Of a stretch of DNA of 64,000 bases, positions 1-11,413 are shown in pieces. Under the pieces are notes generated by a model that saw only the letters and a program-made list of their open reading frames with translations, was not told the DNA's origin and searched no databases. Both the position numbers and the translations under genes were made by a program. The stretch's first letter is position 1. The number at the start of each line of letters is the position of its first letter. This DNA comes from Azolla caroliniana (taxonomy: Eukaryota; Plantae; Polypodiophyta): positions 9,982,001 through 10,046,000 of the forward strand of contig JBHGNT010000009.1 of assembly GCA_043228905.1 (NCBI GenBank). The letters run 5' to 3'.

Positions 1-11
1 GCCTATTATAG

Positions 12-442
12 TGTTGCGCGGACAAGCTCAATCGGATCCGGATTGGCCGAACAAGCCGGATTAGAGTCCAGAATGAAGAACCGGATCAGAGTTTGGATGG
101 TATTCGGAACCAAGAGCCAGATTGGATTGTAACCGGTAGGCTGTTAGAGACCTTTGAATCTAGCCTAGTACGTATGCATATTTTTAGGAGTCAGTGTCAC
201 TCGCTCGTATGAGCATTGAAGTACTTGTCGGTACTTATGTCAGTCTTTTCATGGACTTGTATAAAAGTGTTCACTGAGAACATTGTATGTACAGAGAGTT
301 ATTAGTTTGAATTGAGTTTTTTTCTGTTCTACTCTCTCTGTCTCTCCCGTGTATTCAAGCTTTCCATTAAACCTCCATTCTGTGTTTTGTTGTTTTCCGG
401 ACTAGCTGGTTTTGTCTTTGCTTCCACACATTATCTTTTACA
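12..442 (+). repeat. 5' LTR of copia element A
   Basis: Starts TGTTG, ends TTTTACA directly before the PBS; homologous to 5152-5508 and 23850-24292. Confidence 0.9.
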
Positions 443-552
443 TGGTATCAGAGTGCGAGGGTTGAGAACCTCTGCAGCCGACGAGTGATTTTAGAAGACA
501 AACCCTAACACACGGTAGAGAACAAAAAAAAAAGGTTAGAATGGACAGAGAT

Positions 553-3500
553 ATGGCTAGCTCGCTCCCGACAGAGAAGCTCGATAGATCCAACTACGCA
601 TATTGGTCGTACAAGATGCACCAGTACCTGCTCGGGTATGGCTACTAGAGTTATGTCAATGGAGCTAATGATATGGCACCTGATGCAGCACACATGGACT
701 TCCCAACTTGGGAACAAGCGGCAAGCAGAGTTATGTAGAAGATTAGTTGTTGAGCCATATCCGGGACGCCAACACGCCGAAGGAAGCTTGGGAAAACGTA
801 AAGAAGGTTTTCGCCGCAAGCAACACACCCCGGAAGCTGCAACTCCACCAGAATTTGAGCAATGTCCGATAGAGGGACGTGTCTGTGGCTGATTACACGG
901 CCCGAATCAAAGACATATGTGACTCACTTGCCTCTATTAATGTGACCGTTGAGGAAGATGAAATGATGTAGGTCTATCTTGAGGGCCTAGTGTCGAAGTT
1001 CGGAGCATTTTAGATGACAGTCTGTAGAAGGGAGAATACCCCCTCATTTTTTGACCTACAGTCGATGCTCCTAGTTGAGGAGAACCACGCGGGTGCATCA
1101 ACGAGTATGTAAACCGACAACAATATGTTGTACATGGAGGCGGAGAGGTCCCGTGGTCGTGGCAGACGAGGCAGGTCGGCATGCGGTGGAAGCGGTTGAC
1201 AAGATCATAACCGAAGGCACGAGGATGGTGTCGACAATAGTTCCGGACCCTCCACAAGCAGGGGGAGTCAAGGCAGTGTCGGGAGCTGGCGAGAGAAGAC
1301 CGTGACAGACTATTGGTATTGTGGCCAGAAGGGCCACAAAGAGAGCGAATGATGGAAGAAGCACGCCAATTCGGGCAATTCCGAATATGGAAAGGTCGGT
1401 CGAGGAAGCCTACAAAGGTCGCACTACGCTAAAGAGCCAGAAAAATCCAATTCCGAAGATGGATCTGGCCTAGCCTTTGTGATGAAACACAAGGCTAATT
1501 CAATGAAGCCAAGCACTTCGAAACCGAATGAGATATGGTATGTTGATTCTGGAGCATCAAGCCATATGACAAGCCACGCGGAGTGGTTTTCTTACCTAGA
1601 GAAACCGAAACAACCGGGGGTCGTCGAAACCGGCGACGATACTCCACATACCATCGGGCATGTTGGTGAAGTTCCAATTAGCCATGTTGGGCAGAAGGGA
1701 AAGTCGATGAACGTCATGCACGTCTCGACAATCACGAAGAATCTGGTGTTAGTTGGACAGATTGTTGACCAAGGGATGCAGGTTCGGTTCACACATCTCG
1801 GGTGTTTCATCGAAGAAGAGGGAAAAGTCATCGCGCAAGGGCGCCAAGACGGGAGGATGTTTATCCTCGAAACGAATGATGTTGGCACCGTTATGTTTGC
1901 AAAAGGGCAGAAGGTCGAGTTGTACATCGACCTATGGCATAAGCGGATCGACCACATCAACTTTCGGAAACGCTTCACGAGCTGCAATCGAAACACATGG
2001 TTTCCGGACTACCAAAGTTCTAGTGACCAAAAAGGCCAAATTTGTGAAGCGTGCCAGCTCGGGAAGCAACATAGGCTTCCATTCCCCAGTGAGAAGAATC
2101 GAAGCCGGAATCGGCTTGATCTCATCCATTCAGATTTGTGGGGACCAGAATAAAACGTGAGCATTGGTAGGAGTCAGTATTTCTTCTCCTTCATCGACGA
2201 TTTCACCCGATACACTTGGATCTATCTAATCGAGATGAAAAGCAAAGTCTTCTCGTGCTTCCGGGATTTGAAGAACCTTGTTGAACACGAGACCGGAAGA
2301 AAGATCAAGTGTTTGAGATAGGATGACGGAAAAGACTACTTTTCCGGCCAGTTCATGAGCTATCTGCAAACGAAGGCAATCCGACGGGAATTCTCTTGCA
2401 GATATACGTCGGAGTAGAACGACATGGCCAAGCATCGGGATAGGACGCCGGTATAAGCGGCAAGGGCGATGCTTGAGGAGAAAAGCATGCCCAAGTTTTA
2501 TTGGGCTGAAGCAATTTGGATAGCCATCTACATCCAAAATCGGATATCTGCCTCTGGGACAAAGGCGTCCCCACATGAACTCTATTTCAAGAAGAAGCCA
2601 AATTTGGCACAGCTTCGAGTGTTCGGTAGCATTGCATATCTGCATGTACCGAAGGAAAAACAGAGGAAGTTAGACGCGAAAGCCGAAAAGTGCATTCTCG
2701 TCTGCTACTTGGATGAACAGAAGGGTTATAAGTGTTATAACCCCCGATCGAAAGCAGTCCGAGTTAGCCAAGATGTCGTTTTTGATGAATCGGCATCTAC
2801 GTACTTCTCTCCACCCAAACCCAAGCTGATTGTTGTTGATGCTCCAGTGGAATACGGAACAGAGAGAAGCATCACGGAATTCGAACACCCAAATAGTCCG
2901 ACTTCTCTCCGGATGAGTGGACCGGATCTAGATTGGTAGAGCCGGAGTGGTAAACTGGATGACGAGCTAGTGAGTAGTGGAGACTCAGTCGTGCTTTCCC
3001 CGCACAAGGAACCAAGGTGACGGTTCACACACAAAGAAAAGGGGAAGAAGAAGATGTCGAAGACAACACCGGCCGAGCTGAGTCAGATCGGAGCGAATCC
3101 GACTCCGATAGAACCGAGAAGGAACCCCCGAGGAAGAGGTCGAAGTCAGTTGAGAAGGACACGAAATTGGCGAATCAAGAATTGCGCCGAACCACCCGCC
3201 AAAAAAATCCCGTGAAGAGGTACGGGTATAATGAGTATATGGCGCATCATTATGCGTCCATGGTGAAGGTGGCAGTCGTGCATGAGCCGGAGAGCTATGC
3301 TGAAGTGGCTAAGGATCCAAAATTGGCGGAAGGACATGGAGGAGGAGATGTTTTTCTGCAAGATGATCTTGAGGAACAAGTATACATGGTTCAGCCCCCT
3401 AGGTTTCAGTCCGGAATGAATACGTCGGCCATTTGCGGACTAAAGAAGTCCCTCAACGGACTAAAGCATGCCCTGCATGCCTGGAACGCGAAGATCACGC

Positions 3501-4540
3501 AACGACTACGTCGGATGGGGTTTGTCGCGTCAAAGTCGGATTCTTCACTCTTCATCTGGGAAGGTCGGAACGGGCCGGTTAGTATTTTACTTTATGTTGA
3601 TGATTTAGTCATCGCCAATGCCGACATGGACGAAATCGACTGGGTCAAGTCCGAACTCGTGGCATCGTTTGACATGAAGGATCTTGGGAACCTTCATTAC
3701 TTCCTCGGGATCGAAGCATGATTCACACCCCGGAAGACATATTGATCAATCAACGCCACTATGTGCTGAGTATGCTCTTCAAATTCGGTGTGACGCAATG
3801 CAAATCCGTCTCAACTTCTCTGGACCGGAATGTGAAGCTTCGCCCCGAAACCGGAATGGCATGCAACCCAAAAAGGTTCCAACAAATAGTTGGAAGCCTC
3901 ATATATCTAACCATCACCCGGCCGGACCTCAGTTATCCAGTCGAACTGATTAGTCAATTTATGGCGCATCCAGCCGTGGAGTACCTTCAGTGCGCGCACC
4001 GAATACTGAGGTACATCAACAACACTAAGGACAGGGGGTTGTTGTATCAGACCGGTGTAGCCGGACAACTTGTTGGCTACATGGATGCCGATTGGGCCGG
4101 ACATGTCGACGAACGTAGGACTACATATAAATATGCGTTTTCACTTGGAAGTACCACTATCGCCTGGAGCAGTAAAAAGCAGCCCACAATAGCACTGTCG
4201 AGCACGGAGGCCGAGTACCGAAGCCCTATGGCTCAAGCGGCTCCTGAAGGATTTGCGAGTGGAGGTATCTAATCCGACGACAATCTATTGCAACAACCTC
4301 AAAAGCATCCAGTTGGGAAAGAACCATGTCTTTCACGCCCGAACTAAGCACATCGGGGTGCACTATCATTTTGTCCGAGAGCATGTTCTCTCTGGCGAAG
4401 TGGAACTTCTACATGTTCCGACAGATCGGTAGGTGGCCAACATCTTCACCAAACCCCTCGACTTAGGCAAGTTGCAGCAATTTTCCGGTGCATTGGGTGT
4501 GAAGTACCTCGATATGCCAAACTTGAGGGGGAGGAAGGAA
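553..4540 (+). pseudogene. Copia gag-pol polyprotein pseudogene (element A)
   Basis: ORF fragments 1479-2153 (protease, GAG-pre-integrase), 2469-2939 (integrase C-term), 3017-3721 and 3718-4272 (RT/RNase H). Multiple stops and frameshifts; internal RT deletion near 3345. Confidence 0.9.
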
Positions 4541-5151
4541 AAGACGATCGAAAAGCTGAGTCAAAAACTTATTTCAACTTCGGCCCGACTGAAGAAGTCA
4601 GAGTGCACAGGACGGCCGATAAAGCCGAGATCGGATGCAGGGAGAGCCACTGGAACGAAGAGCCCAAGACAGAGCCAACCAAAAAACAGGGAGGCAAAGT
4701 CAGAAAGACCGAGACATGGACATGGGCCGATGTCGTGAAAGGTTTGACGATCGGAGGTAAGTTGGAAACTGCCAACTCTGACAATGAAGAGGACGAATCG
4801 GAGACAACCGATTCGGTTGAGATTCGAAGTGAATCGGAAGCACCCGATTCAATTGAAATGATCAATTTAGAGGAGCCGAATCTACGATGGGCCAAGCAGA
4901 CAAAAAGGCAGCCGAAGCCGAGGCCGAGATGGAGGAGCCAACGAGTCGAGGGGCGCCAGCACCGCTACAGCAAGTGAGGTGATAAGGGTTGAAGGAGCAA
5001 ACAAGCTGACCGAGAAGGTCGAGGAAAGCAGGACTGGACCGGACGAGGAGCGTGAGCCAAGCGGGAGGACGCTAGGGAGAGCCAGAGGAAAGGACCGACA
5101 GACACAAACACTGACACTACGATCCCACCTCAAGTTGAGCTTAAGGGGGAA

Positions 5152-5508
5152 TGTTGAGCAGACAAGCTCAACCAGATCCGGATAGGAGTCCGGATGGTAT
5201 CCAAAACAAGGAGCCGGATCGGATTGTAACCGGTAAGCCGTTAGAGGCTTACAAATCTAGCCTAGTATGTAGGCATATTTTTAGGAGTCAATGTCAGTCG
5301 CTCGTATGAGCATTGAAGTACTTGTTAGTCCTTTCATGGACTTGTATAAAAGTGCTCACTGAGCACATTCTATGTACTGAGTGTTATTAGTTTGAATTGA
5401 GTTTTTTTTTGTTCTACTCTGTCTGTCTCTCCCGTATTCAAGCTTTCCATTAAACCTCCATTCTGTGTTCTATTGTTTTGTCTTAACTTCTGCACATTAT
5501 CTTTTAGA
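5152..5508 (+). repeat. 3' LTR of copia element A
   Basis: Follows the PPT; aligns with 12-442 with several indels and substitutions. Confidence 0.9.
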
Positions 5509-5873
5509 TACAGGGGCGCGGTTGTCGCCGCATGTGAAGCCGTTTGGCTCAAAAGAATATTGAGGGATCTAGGTATTCCCATCAAGGATTCGATTCTCCT
5601 CTACTGTGAGAACATGAGCAACATCCACTTGGCCCGCAACCCAGTATTCCAAGCTCAGACTAAACACATTGAGGTGCATTATTACTTTATTAAATAGTGT
5701 GTCCTGGTCGGAGATGTCAACCTACAACACATCACCACGAACCTAAAGACGGTCGACATCTTCACAAAGGCCCTAGGCGTCGACAAGTTGCAAAAGTTCA
5801 CGATGAACCTAGGTCTCTCGACCACCAACCAACCAAACTTGAGGGGGAGTAAGGAACTAGGAACATTCCGACA
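5509..5873 (+). mobile_element. RNase H / 3' end remnant of an older copia element into which element A inserted
   Basis: Translates YRGAVVAACEAVWLKRIL...ARNPVFQAQTKHIEVHY...DIFTKALG, followed by PPT GAGGGGGAG (5841-5849) and a 24-bp stub ending CCGACA. Confidence 0.8.
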
Positions 5874-5999
5874 CATTGCACATCTCACAATGAATGGGGA
5901 GTATGCCACTCTACCACAGTTTTGACCTTAGCTGGATCCATAGTTATGCCTTCCAAGGAGATGACATAGCCTAGAAATTCCACCTAGTTGCACTCAAAA

Positions 6000-6663
6000 T
6001 GTTGAACAACAGTGCTCGGCCGTCACCAAGTAGTAGGATCGATTCACAGAAAACGGGAAATGCAAAAATGCACGAAGACAATAGAGAGAAGAGTACAAGG
6101 ATGTTTTACGTGGAAAACCCTAAATGGGAAAAACCACGGGAGTCCTCAAACTCCAACTATCACTATACACAGAGATGTACAATGGTGAAGCTATAAGGCA
6201 ACAACCTTGAGCTCACTGCCTTCGCCACAGGCGGCGGTATTACACAGAGGCGTCGACCTCTTCCTTCCTCTCCCTCTCTCTCTCTCGGTTGCTCTCACTT
6301 TGCTCTCTCTCGGCTGAAAACATAAAAAATGAGCAACAACTAAAACTGTTTGCCCTAAGTCATATTTATACACATATGACTTTCGGGTTATTTACAAATA
6401 TAGCCTCAAGGGCCCTTGGTAAGCATATTCACTCCGGGTACGTTCATCATCCGGCTCCGTAGCCGGGGTCTTCATCATCCGGCTCCGTAGCCGAGGTCTT
6501 CATCATCCGGCTCCGTAGCCGAGGTCTTCATCATCCGGCTCCGTAGCCGAGGTCTTCATCATCCGGCTCCGTAGCCGGGACCGTAACCGTAACCGTAACC
6601 GTAACCGGGATTGCCGTCATTCATCTCCGGACATCCCATCCGGAGGGACCGAAAATCCCAACA
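6000..6663 (-). repeat. 3' LTR of copia element B (664 bp; 5 copies of a 28-bp U3 repeat)
   Basis: TG...CA termini; near-identical to 10778-11413. Confidence 0.95.
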
Positions 6664-6673
6664 AACTCCCCCT

Positions 6674-9600
6674 TCACTTTGGCATGGGATGTCTCTCCAA
6701 TCCGATCCTCTTCCGGCATGCTTCCAGCTTGTCGGGTGTAAGTACCTTGGTCAGCATATCCGACCCGTTCTCGTCCGTGTGGATCTTCGTCAGCACGAAC
6801 TCCTTGTCTTCTATCCTTTCCCGGATCCAGTGGTATCTACGTTGGATGTGCTTCGTCCGGGAGTGATAGGCCGCATTCTTCGCAAGGTGGATGGCACTCT
6901 GACTGTCGCAGTAGAGTCGGTACTCCTCCTGCCGGATACCGAGCTCTCTAATGAAGTCCTTCATCCATATTATTTCCTTGCCGGCTTCAACGGCCGCCAT
7001 GTACTCCGCCTCCGTGGTTGACAACGCAACCGTCTTCTGCAGCCTCGACTGCCACGAAACAGCTCCCCCTGCATACGTCATCACATACCCTGATGTGGAC
7101 CGGTTGGTATCTGCATCGGCCGACATATCCAAATCGGTAAAGCCGTCGAGTTCGGGCTTACCGGAGCCGAATCGGAGGCATACGTTTGCCGTGCCCTTCA
7201 GGTATCGGAGTATCCACTTGGCCGCGTTCCAGTGCTCTTTGCCGGGATTGCTCATGTACCGGCTCACCACTCCGACTGCATATCCTATGTCCGGTCTTGT
7301 ACACACCATTGCGTACATCAAGCTTCCGACGGCAGAGGCATATGGCACTTTCATCATGTCCTCCTTCTCAGCCTTTGTCTTGGGGCTTTGCTTGCTGGAC
7401 AACTTGCAGTTTGCCGGGAGGGTTGAACCGACCGGTCTTGCTTTCGACATGTTGAACGGTGAAGCACCTTTGTCACATACTTCTCCTGTGACAGCCACAA
7501 CTGCTTCTTCTTCCGGTCCCGGATGATGTGCATCCCTAGTATTTGCCTCGCCGGACCCAGGTCCTTCATTGAGAAGTTTCGGTTAAGCGCTTTCTTCAGC
7601 ATCCGTATCTTGACCTGGTCCCGTCCGACGATCAACATGTCGTCCACGTACAGGAGGAGTATTAGAGAGTCTCCTCCTTCGAACTTCTTCACAAATACAC
7701 AGTGATCGGACTGCGTTTTGTGGTACCCTTCGTCGGTCATGAAGGAGTCGAACTTCCGGTACCACTGCCGGGGAGCCTGCTTCAGTCCGTAAAGGCTCTT
7801 CTTCAACCGGCATACCAGGTGCTCCTTCCCTTTCTTCTCGAATCCTTCCGGTTGCTGCATGTAGATCTCTTCTTCGAGGTCACCGTGAAGGAATGCCGTC
7901 TTCACGTCCATCTGTTCTACCTCGAGGTCCATGCTTGCCGCTATGCTCAGCACCGTCCGGATGGAGGTCATCTTCACTACCGGGGCAAATATCTCGTCGA
8001 AGTCGACGCCCTTCTTCTGCTGGAACCCCTTCACCACGATCCTGGCTTTGTATCTCGGGGGGTTTTCGGCATCTCCCGGTTTCAGCTTGAACACCCACTT
8101 GTTTCGAAGTGCCCGCTTTCCTTTCGGCAACTCCACAAGTTCATATGTGTGGTTCTCATGCAGGGAATCCATCTCCTCCTGCATGGCACTTAACCACCTG
8201 CGGCTATGGGTGTCAAGCTTTGCTTCTTCAAAACTCTCCGGCTCCCCCTCGTCGGTTAGCAGCACGTGCTCTGGTTCCGGAAATCTTCGGGGGGCCCTTC
8301 TCTCTCTTAGAGGGTATCTCCGTTCCGGAGCTTCGGTAACCGGCTCCTCCGTTTCCTCTTCATCCGAATCCATTTCGGGATCGGGGCCGGTTCCGGTATC
8401 AGTTTCATCTTCCTCGGCCGGTTCTGTTTCTTCACCATCTTCGGCCGGATCCTCGAGTGCTAACCGGTCCCTTGCCGGTCGGGACTGCTCCTCGTAGAGT
8501 TGATCCTCACCGGTCAACTTGGAGCTCTTCATCTTCTTCTCCGACTCCCAGTCGGCGAGTGTCTTGTCCTCCATGAAGATGATATCACGACTCCGGAATA
8601 TCTTTTTGTCGACCGGGTCCCATACTCGGTAGCCGAACTCGTCGTCGCCGTAACCGAGGAATATGCATGGCCGGGTCTTTGGATCCAACTTTCCTCTCCG
8701 GTCCTTTGCCACATGCACGTATGCGAGACACCCGAACACCTTCAGATGCCGGTAGGATACTTCCCTACCGGTCCACACTCTCTGCGGCGTGTCTCCGTCC
8801 AAAGGTACTGAGGGTGATCTGTTTATCATGTATGTCGCCGTCGACATTGCCTCAGCCCAAAACCCCTTGGGTAATTTCGCATGCGCCAGCATACTCCGGA
8901 CCCTCTCCATTATGGTCCGGTTCATCCTCTCGGCCAGCCCGTTCAGTTCCGGCGTCTTCGGCACAGTAAACTCGAGCCGGATTCCCTTCGAGCGACAGTA
9001 CTCCTCGAACTGCCCCCGGTATTCCCCTCCGTTATCCGCTCGTATCGCTTTCAGCTCCTTGCCGGATTCCCTTTCCACTCTCGCGTGGAGTTCTTTGAAG
9101 ACGGACAATACTTGGTCCTTTGTCTTCAACGGTGCCGTCCACAGCTTCCGGCTATGGTCATCTATGAATGTTACGAAGTACTGGGCTCCGCCATGTGACT
9201 TCGTTTCTACCTGACACACATCAGTGTGTACCAACTCCAATGGTACACTACGTCTCGTCGGTGGCCTTGAGTGGAAGGAGGTTCGGTTCTGTTTACCGGC
9301 CAGGCAATCGGTGCACTTCTCCAGGTGCACATGCTTCACTGGAATAAGGTTGTCTTCTGCAAGCCTATTCATCCCCTTCTCACTCATGTGACACAGTCTC
9401 TTGTGCCACAGCTCACCGGCAGTATCGGCTGCCACGTTCAGCTCCTCCAGACATAGCCGGGAATTCATCAGGTACAGTGTGTTGACCTTCCGGGCCCGAG
9501 CCACTATCAGGCTCCCTTTGCTGAACTTCATGACACCGTTCCGGATGCTACCCGTGTAGCCTTCATCGTCTAGCCTCCCGGCCGAAATCAGGTTCAATCG

Positions 9601-10746
9601 GACCTCCGGAACGTGTCGTACATCCTTCAGCAGCATCTTGCATCCGGTTGATGTCATCAGCCACACGTCTCCTATGCCGGCAATCTGACATGTGCCTTCA
9701 TTTCCCATCCGGACACAGCCGTGCTCACCGGTTGTGTAGGATGAGAAGTATTTCTTCTCCGGGGTCAGGTGGAACGACGCTCCGGAATCGACCACCCAGG
9801 TCATCTCTACACCGGCAAGGTTCAGCTCCCTCTCTTCGGTAATGAGCATTATCTCTTCTTCACTTGCCGCGAGTGCCGTCGTTCCTTTCCGGTCCTGCCC
9901 TCGCCGATCCGGACCTCTCCGGTCCGTGGCTCCCCGGTATGCACCGTTTCTCTCCGGTGACTTCTTCGAATCGGTGTCGTCGGCTCCGTTGTCCTTTCGG
10001 TAATGCCGACAATTCTTCCGGAAGTGCCCCGGCTTCCCACAGTGGAAGCATGTGGGTCTTCCTCTTGACTGCGACCGGGTCCCCGACTTCTCCCGTCTTT
10101 GCGGACTCCGGTTCCATTGTCTTCCCCGATCCGATTCGGTAAGTAGCATCTTCGGATCGGAAACCGGTTCTTTATCTCTCCGACGCGCTTCTTCGTTCAA
10201 AATGCTTGTCTTTACCGTTTGTAGAGACAAGTTATCTTCGGTGCAGGAGGTGCTGAGAGTCACCACCAAGTTCTCCCAGCTTTCCGGCAATGTACACATC
10301 AGAAAGATGGCTTGCATTGCATCCTCCAACGGGAACTTGATCGCCGCAAGCTGGTTCACGAATCCCATGAACGTGCTCACGTGTTCCACCATATTCTCGC
10401 CGTCCCGGTACTTGAGGTTCACTATCTTCCTCATCAGGGAGGTCCGGTTCAACGCATTCTTCCTCTCGTAGAGGCCCGACAGCTTCTTCCACATCTCATA
10501 TGCGTTGGTGTCGTTCGCCACATGTTGCAGAACACTTACATCTACATATTGCCGGATCGTCGCTACAGCTTTCCGGTTCAGGAGCTTCCACTCCGACTCT
10601 ATTACCCCCTTGGGTATCTCGGCATTGTCGATCGGTTCGTACAGGTCTCGGACGATGAGAAGGTCTTCCATCTTTATCTTCCAGTCGGCGTAGTTCTGTG
10701 AGTTCAACACCATCATGCCCGGAGGCCCACTACCGCCGCCTTCCAT
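6674..10746 (-). pseudogene. Copia gag-PR-INT-RT-RH polyprotein with a single 1-bp frameshift at ~7457
   Basis: The 1130-aa ORF (CCHC knuckle, WVVDSGAS, integrase DDE, MDVKTAFLHG, LLYVDD) continues in a second frame 7498-6674 (RNase H). Comparison with the related copy at ~58431 (CAA CGG TTC) indicates one missing base. Confidence 0.93.
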
Positions 10747-10777
10747 TTTCTGTGTTAACCGTGCTCTGATACCAAAT

Positions 10778-11413
10778 TGTTGAACAACAGTGCTCGGCCG
10801 CCACCAAGTAGTAGGATCGATTCACAGAAAACGGGAAATGCAAAAATGCACGAAGACAATAGAGAGAAGAGTACACAGGATGTTTTACGTGGAAAACCCT
10901 AAATGGGAAAAACCACGGGAGTCCTCAAACTCCAACTATCACTATACACAGAGATGTACAATGGTGAAGCTACAAGGCAACAACCTTGAGCTCACTGCCT
11001 TCGCCACAGGCGGCGGTATTACACAGAGGCGTCGACCTCTTCCTTCCTCTCCCTCTCTCTCTCTCGGTTGCTCTCACTTTGCTCTCTCTCGACTGAAAAC
11101 ATAAAAAATGAGCAACAACTAAAACTGTTTGCCCTAAGTCATATTTATACACATATGACTTTCGGGTTATTTACAAATATAGCCTCAAGGGCCCTTGGTA
11201 AGCATATTCACAAATATGTCCCCGCATCCGGATCTCGCTCCGGGTACGTTCATCATCCGGCTCCGTAGCCGGGGTCTTCATCATCCGGCTCCGTAGCCGA
11301 GGTCTTCATCATCCGGCTCCGTAGCCGGGACCGTAACCGTAACCGTAACCGTAACCGGGATTGCCGTCATTCATCTCCGGACATCCCATCCGGAGGGACC
11401 GAAAATCCCAACA
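10778..11413 (-). repeat. 5' LTR of copia element B (636 bp; 3 copies of the 28-bp U3 repeat)
   Basis: Adjacent to the PBS; TG...CA termini. Confidence 0.95.

Larger units (their letters stand above)
12..5508 (+). mobile_element. Ty1/copia LTR retrotransposon, full-length but degenerate (element A)
   Basis: 5' LTR 12-442 (TG...CA), PBS TGGTATCAGAG 443-453 (tRNA-iMet), PPT TAAGGGGGAA ~5142-5151, 3' LTR 5152-5508 (terminal CA reads GA). Flanks TATAG (7-11) and TACAG (5509-5513) form a 4/5 TSD. Domain order gag-PR(WYVDSGAS)-INT-RT(LLYVDD)-RH(DADWAG) is the copia order. Confidence 0.93.
6000..11413 (-). mobile_element. Young Ty1/copia LTR retrotransposon (Tnt1/Tork-like; element B), near-intact
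   Basis: Perfect 5-bp TSD CAAAA (5995-5999, 11414-11418); LTRs 6000-6663 and 10778-11413; PBS TGGTATCAGAGC (minus, 10774-10763); PPT TGAAGGGGGAG next to the left LTR; inserted within the gypsy RT (KCSF|E). Confidence 0.97.

Noticed and set aside
6443-6582. 28-bp direct repeats with palindromic core as a CRISPR array
   Set aside because: Repeats are head-to-tail with no unique spacers, lie inside a plant retrotransposon LTR, and there are no cas genes.
7450-7465. Programmed ribosomal frameshift in element B
   Set aside because: No slippery site, wrong position for copia, and the related element C is in frame here.
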